A DNA stretch of 20,000 bases from an uncultured virus (IMG/VR IMGVR_UViG_3300042289_000700) (taxonomy: Duplodnaviria; Heunggongvirae; Uroviricota; Caudoviricetes): the IMG/VR virus record IMGVR_UViG_3300042289_000700; one strand, written 5' to 3'. A model generated the notes under the pieces. It searched no databases. It was not told the origin of the DNA and saw only the letters and a program-made list of their open reading frames with translations. This document shows positions 1-5,957 of this stretch, piece after piece. Position 1 is the first letter of the stretch. Each line of letters begins with the position of its first letter. Made by a program: the position numbers and the translations under genes.

Positions 1-929
1 AAGGCGTCTCTCGCGGAAGTCAGACTTGCGCGTTGTGTATCAGAAAGAGATTCGCGGCCAGCCAACGAATCGTTAACCTTGCGAAGATCTTCGGTGGCCT
101 TGCGAATGTTTCTTTGAATTTCGCGCTGCTGAGATTCTTTGGTTTTTTTCTCGGAAACTCCAGCCGCCGCTTCAGCCCTACGTTTCTCGGTTCGGATAAC
201 TCTCTCCTCTTGTTTAGCTTCTTCACCAGCTTTAACTTCCTGTTCTGCCGCAATCACGCCTTCCATTTTCGGCTGGAACATTCCCTGCTCGTCGTAGGTT
301 CCGAACTCTTCAAATGGCTTGCCAGTGCGAATAGAAAGACTTGAGGCAAGGCGCTCGTTTTCTTCGCTATCCTTCATGCGTTCTTCGCGGAATTTTAGAG
401 CATCATTGTAAAGTTGGGTAAACATGCCAGCGGCTGCTTTATTTTCGACTCCGTATTTAAATTCTTTAGCCAATCCATTTAGCCTTTCAATGGCATTGGG
501 ATCTTCGGGACGAATGGGGTTGGCGATGACGTTGCCATCGTTATCCACGGCTCCGCGCATGGCGTCGATCATCAGCCCAGCTTCGTCTTGAACCCTGCCT
601 TCGCGCTCTGCTCTTGTTTTTGCTTCTTCAAATTGGAAAATCTGATCCCTCTGTTGTCGTATTTCCGCTTCTCTGGCAAGCTCCATGGCCTGCAAGGCGC
701 TTTGCATCTTAATTTGATTTGCCTGATACTGCTGAAACTCGGCCTCCATTCGCATCTTCCTGCGACTTTTGGGATAGGCTGTTCCTAATTCACCTTGAGG
801 AACATTGTAACGCCAAGATTGGAAGTCTTGCCCAAACCCATCTCCGCCACCACCAATACGCTCTTGGACAGACCCTCTTATTTCAGAAGGCGTCATCATG
901 GATGGTTCTGCTGTAAGTCCGTTAGCCAT
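1..929 (-). CDS. Putative internal virion/ejection protein (3'-truncated; absent from the ORF track)
   Basis: Hand translation from ATG 929 (MANGLTAEPSMMTPSEIRGSVQERIGGGG...EAEFQQYQANQIKMQSALQAMELAREAEIRQQRDQ...) stays open to the window edge. It is helical and E/Q/R/A-rich, and starts 3 nt after the stop of the 933-2063 gene. Function is inferred from composition and position. Confidence 0.7.
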   Translation of the reverse strand, partial: MANGLTAEPSMMTPSEIRGSVQERIGGGGDGFGQDFQSWRYNVPQGELGTAYPKSRRKMRMEAEFQQYQANQIKMQSALQAMELAREAEIRQQRDQIFQFEEAKTRAEREGRVQDEAGLMIDAMRGAVDNDGNVIANPIRPEDPNAIERLNGLAKEFKYGVENKAAAGMFTQLYNDALKFREERMKDSEENERLASSLSIRTGKPFEEFGTYDEQGMFQPKMEGVIAAEQEVKAGEEAKQEERVIRTEKRRAEAAAGVSEKKTKESQQREIQRNIRKATEDLRKVNDSLAGRESLSDTQRASLTSARDA

Positions 930-932
930 ATA

Positions 933-2063
933 TTACATCAATCCCCTGCGACGAAAGTAATCTTCCTGTTCATCTTGAATTTGGCGACTATATGCTGGTT
1001 GTAGTCCTTGTGATCTTGCGATATCTCGCGTCCTGCGCCTTTGTTCAGACCTTACATTTGAATAAGGATTGGATGAACCTCTAGCCATACGTTGTTGTTC
1101 AGCCAAAGCATAGCCGCTCGGGCCAAGGGGCCCAGATGGAAGCGGGCGACTTCCCTCAGAAGGAAGTCCGCGATTAAATCCCGAAACAACATTAGCTACC
1201 AATGTGCTGGTTGGGGCCATTGGGCCAATCTGTGGCTGATAATTTTGAAAATCACTGCGAATCCCAGCCATTGTAGAAGGCCCGCCTCCTCGCGCCCTCA
1301 TGATATCCATAGAACTAATACCGCCAGCCCTTGCCTCGCTTTCCGCAAGTCTTAATGCGTCACGCTCTGCACGTTTTTGAGTAAAGAATTGTTCCTGTCT
1401 TTGGATGCCCTGTTGGCCCAATGCCGCACCACGTTCACGCATTTGTGCGATAGCTGCATTGCGTTGGGCTTGTTCTCCAATATTTGCCAGCCGCGCAGAT
1501 TGCTCTGGGAGATATCCCATTTCCATGACTCTTTGATTACTGGCTTGAGAAGGTCCGCCCTCTTTAGGAGCCTCGGTTGGGGCAAAAACCATACCATAAG
1601 GAGTCTGAATTTGATTATACGATGGTCTATCTGGAATAACGCGATTTTGTGTCAGCGTTGCGGTAAGGACAGGATTGCGAATCGGCTGCTGCGTAACAAG
1701 ATTTTGACCAACAGAAGCACCGCTAGGCATTGGCGGCATTGGTATCGGAGTTGTAGACGCCGTTCTCGTCTGTCTTGCATCCCATTGCAGAGCGGGATCA
1801 CGATATTCGGGGCGCTCACTGGGAGGAAGTCCATAGTCGGTTCTAACAAGAGGACCAAGTCGCGAAGGAAAGGCTGGAACATTAGTAGCTGTTAAGGGAT
1901 TAACACCAGCAGACCCCGCCATCATTGCTGGAGTTTGGGCAGAAGTAATTGCCCGTCTTACATTTGAAAGTGTTTCACCTACAGGACGAAAGGCCGCGCC
2001 ACCAAATAACCCAGATGCAACAGCATCAGCTTCCATCATTTTTTTAAGTTCTTCTTCGTCCAT
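933..2063 (-). CDS. Low-complexity P/Q/G/M-rich protein, putative ejection/internal virion protein
   Basis: 376-aa ORF tightly coupled to both neighbours, with largely disordered-looking composition. It lies downstream of the putative tail adaptor. Confidence 0.6.
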   Translation of the reverse strand: MDEEELKKMMEADAVASGLFGGAAFRPVGETLSNVRRAITSAQTPAMMAGSAGVNPLTATNVPAFPSRLGPLVRTDYGLPPSERPEYRDPALQWDARQTRTASTTPIPMPPMPSGASVGQNLVTQQPIRNPVLTATLTQNRVIPDRPSYNQIQTPYGMVFAPTEAPKEGGPSQASNQRVMEMGYLPEQSARLANIGEQAQRNAAIAQMRERGAALGQQGIQRQEQFFTQKRAERDALRLAESEARAGGISSMDIMRARGGGPSTMAGIRSDFQNYQPQIGPMAPTSTLVANVVSGFNRGLPSEGSRPLPSGPLGPSGYALAEQQRMARGSSNPYSNVRSEQRRRTRDIARSQGLQPAYSRQIQDEQEDYFRRRGLM

Positions 2064-2064
2064 A

Positions 2065-3045
2065 TCAGGTCATGTTTACAAGTCTGCGGGAAAGCCAAGG
2101 GGCAATTTGCATAACCCCTTCTTGGCCTGAGTTATACTCTTTTAGTTCGGCGTTGAGAAGGAGAATCGCACGGTCCATGTAATACTGACCCCTTTCGACA
2201 TCGGCCTTCTCTTCGGCGTTAATGGCCATAAGGCCAAGCTTGATAGCCTCCAGAGAGTCGGGGTAGAGGGGGTCGTTGTCGGAGATGGCCCAGCAGTGGC
2301 GGCGTTTGAAGATGCCTTGGACGGCGTCCCAATTGCGATCCACGATGTAACGACGATAGCTTATCGCCCGCTCCCCAGCCTCGTATTTGGCCAGAGTAAC
2401 CGAACCCGTGGTTGCCGATAGAGTGATGGTGCCCGTGGTAGGGGTTTTCTCGACGCTATAGATCTCCTTGAGCGTCTGTGAGGTGGTTTGGGTTCCGTCT
2501 CCAAGGTCAAGACGAATGCCCTCCACTCGGTCTCCATCCACTGTAGAAAAGATCTTATCTCCATTGTTGTCCTTTCCGCGAATCCAGATGTAGCTTCCAG
2601 CACACTCTGTTTCGCTGCTACTCAGGGTCAGGGTTGAGGCGGTCTCAATGTCCCTGAATGTGACAAACCCCTCTCCAATGTCCTGCAATGGCCCACTGTA
2701 GGCTTGGTCTGCTTTGCGGATGCCGCGTCCTTGGGGCAAATACTGATACCACTCACTCTGGACTGCGGTGGTCTTGTATCCTGCCTTCCCACCCCGCAAA
2801 CAGGTCTCCAGATGGCGGGGGAGGGTGATGAATTTATTGTCGTTAATGTCCTCGTAGGCCGTAATGGTAGCCTGCTGGATAGTTCCCGTGAATTTCCCCT
2901 CACAGATGAACCTCTCTAAAACACGATTGATATTGTTTCGGAGTTCGGCTTGCGCGTCAAATCCCGCCAGATCGGGGGGATCGGGGACGGGAACAACCGA
3001 GTTCGGTAATCGCTCTACGCAGAGGCCAAGGGTCAATGAGGACAT
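2065..3045 (-). CDS. Putative head-tail adaptor / tail tubular protein A-like
   Basis: 326 aa from ATG 3045 (MSSLTLG...). The track's TTG 3084 is the -35 box of the upstream promoter. Layout is an N-terminal helix, a beta-rich middle and a C-terminal helix pair (LEAIKLGLMAINAEE...YMDRAILLLNAELKEY), resembling podovirus adaptors. Confidence 0.55.
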   Translation of the reverse strand: MSSLTLGLCVERLPNSVVPVPDPPDLAGFDAQAELRNNINRVLERFICEGKFTGTIQQATITAYEDINDNKFITLPRHLETCLRGGKAGYKTTAVQSEWYQYLPQGRGIRKADQAYSGPLQDIGEGFVTFRDIETASTLTLSSSETECAGSYIWIRGKDNNGDKIFSTVDGDRVEGIRLDLGDGTQTTSQTLKEIYSVEKTPTTGTITLSATTGSVTLAKYEAGERAISYRRYIVDRNWDAVQGIFKRRHCWAISDNDPLYPDSLEAIKLGLMAINAEEKADVERGQYYMDRAILLLNAELKEYNSGQEGVMQIAPWLSRRLVNMT

Positions 3046-3055
3046 TTTGCCCGAA

Positions 3056-3084
3056 AAACTACCACCTTCCTCATAGAAGGTCAA
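3056..3084 (-). promoter_or_regulatory. Sigma70-like promoter TTGACC-N17-TAGTTT
   Basis: -35 at 3084-3079 and -10 at 3061-3056, with a TG before the -10. The ATG is 10 nt downstream. An inverted repeat ACCTTC-N6-GAAGGT spans the -35 and spacer. Confidence 0.7.
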
Positions 3085-3093
3085 TAGTAGAGA

Positions 3094-3315
3094 TTACAAA
3101 CCTTCCCAGAGTTCGCCGCGCTTCATGCGGTCCAGATACTCTCCGAAGGTCAGGGGATCTCTCTCGTTGAAAATGTAGTCAAAGAGATAGTCTTCGGTCT
3201 CCTTGGGGAGATCCAGCTTGCGGCACAACTTCTTGAAATACCGATCTTGCACCTTGGACAACTCATTAATGAAGTCCTTGGTTGCGAGGATTCGGTCATC
3301 GGGATGCTTGCTCAT
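3094..3315 (-). CDS. Hypothetical protein (73 aa)
   Basis: ATGA overlap with the upstream gene's stop; plausible helical protein. Confidence 0.7.
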   Translation of the reverse strand: MSKHPDDRILATKDFINELSKVQDRYFKKLCRKLDLPKETEDYLFDYIFNERDPLTFGEYLDRMKRGELWEGL

Positions 3316-3449
3316 TTTTCTTTGAACCCACCTTTTTTGCTCTTCATCTTCTTGTAGACCTTGGGGTCAATGGTGGATTTGGATTTCGGGCGGCTAGTGC
3401 CAGCCTTCTTCCGTGCGTTGATATTATCGTATAGTCCTTTTTTCTTCAT
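3312..3449 (-). CDS. Small lysine-rich phage protein (45 aa)
   Basis: MKKKGLYDNINARKKAGTSRPKSKSTI... starting at ATG 3449, 2 nt after the upstream stop. It resembles the 'GLYxNI' small basic proteins recalled from aquatic phages. Confidence 0.7.
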   Translation of the reverse strand: MKKKGLYDNINARKKAGTSRPKSKSTIDPKVYKKMKSKKGGFKEK

Positions 3450-3451
3450 GG

Positions 3452-3688
3452 CTATTTTCCTTTCTTTACTGATTTGCTTCCACTGCATCCCCACTTCTTG
3501 CGGGAAAGTTTGTTCGGTGAATTTGGGTCACTCCGCCAATCGCCTTTGATTTTGTTGCTGCGGGCACAGTAGGCATCGGCTCGCGGGCTTCCAATCGGCC
3601 CGATCTTACTTCCCTTCTCCCCATACTTCACGGTTTTCTTGCGCCCCGTGTCGGGGTTGGTTACTGTTTTGCTGAATTTCTTTTTCAT
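3452..3688 (-). CDS. Small basic protein, DUF6321-like
   Basis: Motif R-x-x-x-Y/F-C-A-R...DPNS...SRKKWGC in a 78-aa K-rich protein. Family label is from memory. Confidence 0.7.
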   Translation of the reverse strand: MKKKFSKTVTNPDTGRKKTVKYGEKGSKIGPIGSPRADAYCARSNKIKGDWRSDPNSPNKLSRKKWGCSGSKSVKKGK

Positions 3689-3692
3689 AGTA

Positions 3693-4565
3693 TTATTTAG
3701 TTGTTAGGTTTCTTCCATAGCTGCACCACTGACGCACCTGACAGAAGTGGAGGCAACGCGTATCCTCCCCGTCCCTTCTCTCGACGGCACCACCGATTCT
3801 TTTGGCGTGTGCAAGAGCCTCAGATTCAAGCTGATAGACCCCTCCATTGACGGCACGTTTCGCTCCTTTTTCTTTGAGGACAGCCCACGTTGTGGGTTTA
3901 GACCAACGTTCTTCCTCGGTGCAGACGGGGATGTCATCCTCCTTTTCTACCAGCTTTGCCGCGTTGTGCAAGGCGATACGAGAGCGGATGTATGCCATTG
4001 TCTCGGCCTCATGCCAAATCTGGAGTGGGATTTCTTGGATGGCGCATTTAGGATAGTCGGCCTTGAATTCGGCGTCTTTTCGTCTCCAGTCCTTCATAAC
4101 AAGAAGAATAGCAATCTTCTTAGGGTGGATTCCGTTGTGTTCGCACAGGAGCTTGTTGACGTTGGCTTGCTTTGTCCACTCAAGCTTATCATCGCTCATG
4201 GCCTTGTAGACGCTGGAGACCTTGTAGTCCCAAAGAGTTTCGGTCTCCCCGTCATAGAGGTCGATCTGTCCCCCTAGCTTAACCCCGTCGATATCAATGT
4301 AGAAACGTTGCTCACAGACGTAGCGTTCGGGATTGCGTTTCGCCACTTGCTCCAAAACGTGGTGGTTGGCTGTCCCCAACATCGTCCATACTTTCTCGGA
4401 ACAGTCCATGGTGATCTCGTTGCTGTGGCGTTTCCAGAGTTCGGAGATCTTTGGAGGTTGAGCTAATCCTGTAGTAGTGATGTCTGACTCGCCCTTGCTG
4501 TAGGTTTCCTCGCTAACGAGGTCTACGAAAGGCTGGGGTAAAGAAAATCGGTTGGTTATGATCAT
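3693..4565 (-). CDS. PD-(D/E)XK exonuclease, Cas4/RecB-like
   Basis: Motifs GTANH, CEQRF, GQID, DYK and Q-x-N-x-N. C-terminal cysteines (PVCTEEERW...RCLHFCQVRQWC) could bind Fe-S or Zn. Confidence 0.85.
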   Translation of the reverse strand: MIITNRFSLPQPFVDLVSEETYSKGESDITTTGLAQPPKISELWKRHSNEITMDCSEKVWTMLGTANHHVLEQVAKRNPERYVCEQRFYIDIDGVKLGGQIDLYDGETETLWDYKVSSVYKAMSDDKLEWTKQANVNKLLCEHNGIHPKKIAILLVMKDWRRKDAEFKADYPKCAIQEIPLQIWHEAETMAYIRSRIALHNAAKLVEKEDDIPVCTEEERWSKPTTWAVLKEKGAKRAVNGGVYQLESEALAHAKRIGGAVERRDGEDTRCLHFCQVRQWCSYGRNLTTK

Positions 4566-4568
4566 GGT

Positions 4569-4602
4569 GTTGTTATGAATCTGACGCTGTTTTTATAACA
4601 AC
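4569..4602 (-). promoter_or_regulatory. Hairpin occluding the translation initiation region of the nuclease gene
   Basis: Perfect 8-bp inverted repeat GTTGTTAT (4569-4576) / ATAACAAC (4595-4602), ending 3 nt before ATG 4565. Confidence 0.45.
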
Positions 4603-4614
4603 GTTTAAGGAAAG

Positions 4615-4692
4615 TAGCGGGGCTGGGCGATCCCATATTTGGCTGAACCTGACGGTTAGATGTAAGATCTGCCGTTTTCGGCCACCCCGCCA
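4615..4692. ncRNA. Candidate structured RNA (multi-stem, superficially tRNA-like)
   Basis: A closing stem AGCGGGG (4616-4622) / CCCCGCC (4685-4691) encloses several internal hairpins in a GC-rich intergenic island. Confidence 0.5.
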
Positions 4693-4697
4693 AAGGA

Positions 4698-4853
4698 TTA
4701 CTTGCCCTTTTTCTTTTTGCTCATGCCAGCTTCGCTAAGAGCGATTGCGATGGCCTGTTTGGGGTTCTTGACCTTCTGGCCAGAGCTACTTTTAAGTTTG
4801 CCCTTGCCGTATTCTTTCATCACTTTTGAGACTTTCTTTTTACCGTTTTTCAT
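4698..4853 (-). CDS. Small basic protein, DUF6496-like (51 aa; absent from the ORF track)
   Basis: MKNGKKKVSKVMKEYGKGKLKSSSGQKVKNPKQAIAIALSEAGMSKKKKGK. TAATG coupling with the upstream stop; carries the KVMxE...GKLKS...KQAIAIALSEA motif. Confidence 0.85.
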   Translation of the reverse strand: MKNGKKKVSKVMKEYGKGKLKSSSGQKVKNPKQAIAIALSEAGMSKKKKGK

Positions 4854-5089
4854 TATGCTGCTTTTTCTAGTTGGTTGTTGTTTGACTTCGGCGTTTTGAC
4901 GCCCAAGAGTTTACAGATGTATCGGATGTGGAAGCACTCCTTGCGGAATTGATAGCTTGGACAAGTGCAGGTAATTGGGGTTTCTCCAACGTCAACGAGG
5001 TAGAAGTCTTCTCGGTTGGTGCGTGACTGGACAAGAAATGTGAGCGGATCATGTGGCAGAACTTCGATGCCGCGTCCATAGCTAGTCAT
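4853..5089 (-). CDS. SWIM-type zinc finger protein (78 aa)
   Basis: Motif Y-x-V...CTCPSYQFRKECFHI (CxC...CxH). Likely start is ATG 5089, overlapping the upstream stop. Confidence 0.8.
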   Translation of the reverse strand: MTSYGRGIEVLPHDPLTFLVQSRTNREDFYLVDVGETPITCTCPSYQFRKECFHIRYICKLLGVKTPKSNNNQLEKAA

Positions 5090-5729
5090 TAGCCTCCTCT
5101 GGTTGCGGGGTTTTGAGAGACTCGGCCTTGCTTGCCCCATAGCCCAAATCTTCGGGAGTGTAGGGCTGGATGGGCATCTTGAAGGTGTGGCCAGAGCGGT
5201 CTGCTTGGATGAAGAGCGAGGTGGCTATGCCCTGACGATGCTCATTCGGAAGGTCTAGCTCAATAGCAATATCGTTGGCCTTCTTGACGCACAGCCTCAT
5301 CAGGTTTGCCGCCTGACAGAGGAACACCTTTACTTCGCGGTCTTTGGGTTCGGGATTCTTGACGGCCTCTCCCGTGGGCTTCTGGGGCTCGCGAGGGGTG
5401 TCATTCACCAACGTGGAGCCCTTGACCATCGCGGCTTGGATCTCCATCGTAGCAGTTCCCTGCTTGTCGTTGCCCGAAGCAATCAAGACTACGGTCTTAC
5501 CGACATACTCTTTAAAAGAGTCTTCGATATCTTTGTTTGGGATAAAATAAGTGTGGTCTACTCCGCCGACTTCGACGGTCACCAGATGGAACTTCTTTTG
5601 ATCGGCCTTGCGGACAATGACCTTGGGAACTGATTTGATTGTGACCAGCTTCGGCCCGTTCTTGACTAGGTCAGAGTGGTTAAGGCTGGGCGTCTTTTCG
5701 CGGTTTTGATTGGGTTTTTGGAATGACAT
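5082..5729 (-). CDS. Hypothetical DNA-metabolism protein (possible SSB/recombination accessory)
   Basis: Beta-rich, OB-like N-terminal half and helical C-terminal domain (RQGIATSLFIQ) with an acidic tail, close to the exonuclease. ATG 5729 is preferred because GTG 5759 lies inside a promoter spacer. Confidence 0.55.
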   Translation of the reverse strand: MSFQKPNQNREKTPSLNHSDLVKNGPKLVTIKSVPKVIVRKADQKKFHLVTVEVGGVDHTYFIPNKDIEDSFKEYVGKTVVLIASGNDKQGTATMEIQAAMVKGSTLVNDTPREPQKPTGEAVKNPEPKDREVKVFLCQAANLMRLCVKKANDIAIELDLPNEHRQGIATSLFIQADRSGHTFKMPIQPYTPEDLGYGASKAESLKTPQPEEAND

Positions 5730-5743
5730 ATAGGTTTTGTTGT

Positions 5744-5772
5744 TCTCTATCTCCGACACTCGGCTTTGTCAA
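5744..5772 (-). promoter_or_regulatory. Putative promoter TTGACA-N17-TAGAGA
   Basis: Perfect -35 at 5772-5767 and a weak -10, located just downstream of the terminator. The spacer holds CCGA-gtg-TCGG. Confidence 0.45.
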
Positions 5773-5789
5773 ACGTTCAAAGTATTTTT

Positions 5790-5832
5790 AAAAAAGGCGG
5801 GGGGCAGGAAAAACCACTAACCTACCCCCCGC
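5790..5832 (-). terminator. Rho-independent terminator
   Basis: Minus strand reads GCGGGGGGUAGG, 12-nt loop, CCUGCCCCCCGC, then C-UUUUUU. The 12-bp stem includes a U-G pair that forms only on the minus strand. Confidence 0.8.
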
Positions 5833-5880
5833 GAACTATCACACATGAAAACGAGGGACAACATATACCCTCAGACCCCG
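5790..5880 (-). ncRNA. Candidate ~85-nt phage small RNA
   Basis: Bounded by promoter 5908-5881 and terminator 5832-5790, with an internal GAGGG/CCCUC hairpin and no meaningful ORF on this strand. Confidence 0.55.
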
Positions 5881-5908
5881 AACCTACCACAATCGTTCAA
5901 TCTTGCAA
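5881..5908 (-). promoter_or_regulatory. Promoter TTGCAA-N16-(TG)TAGGTT driving the candidate sRNA
   Basis: -35 at 5908-5903 and extended -10 TGgTAGGTT ending at 5881. It shares its -10 hexamer with the divergent promoter. Confidence 0.55.
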
Positions 5909-5921
5909 GGGGAAAATGACC

Positions 5922-5950
5922 TTGCTAGGATAGGTCTTTTAGAGTAGGTT
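5922..5950 (+). promoter_or_regulatory. Promoter TTGCTA-N17-TAGGTT, predicted leaderless mRNA
   Basis: -35 at 5922-5927 and -10 at 5945-5950; ATG 5958 follows after 7 nt with no SD. An inverted repeat GACCT/AGGTC overlaps the -35. Confidence 0.6.
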
Positions 5951-5957
5951 CTCCGAA

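Noticed and set aside
3046..3084. Extended N-termini given by the track (TTG 3084; also GTG 5759, 5140, 3494, 10841, 12159, 13915)
   Set aside because: These starts fall in promoters or deep inside upstream genes; downstream ATGs with stop-start coupling fit better.
3693..4565. CRISPR-Cas locus
   Set aside because: Only a Cas4-like nuclease is present; no repeat-spacer array or other cas genes were seen.
4615..4692. Canonical tRNA (possible UUA suppressor anticodon)
   Set aside because: It has an acceptor-like stem and U8, but the D-loop lacks GG, the anticodon arm is 4 bp with a 5-nt loop and no U33, and there is no properly placed T-arm or CCA. Kept only as a structured-RNA candidate.
5845..5919. 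24-aa plus-strand ORF (MKTRDNIYPQTPNLPQSFNLARGK) as a type I toxin antisense to the sRNA
   Set aside because: It is not hydrophobic, has no evident plus-strand promoter, and runs across the minus-strand promoter. It cannot be fully excluded.
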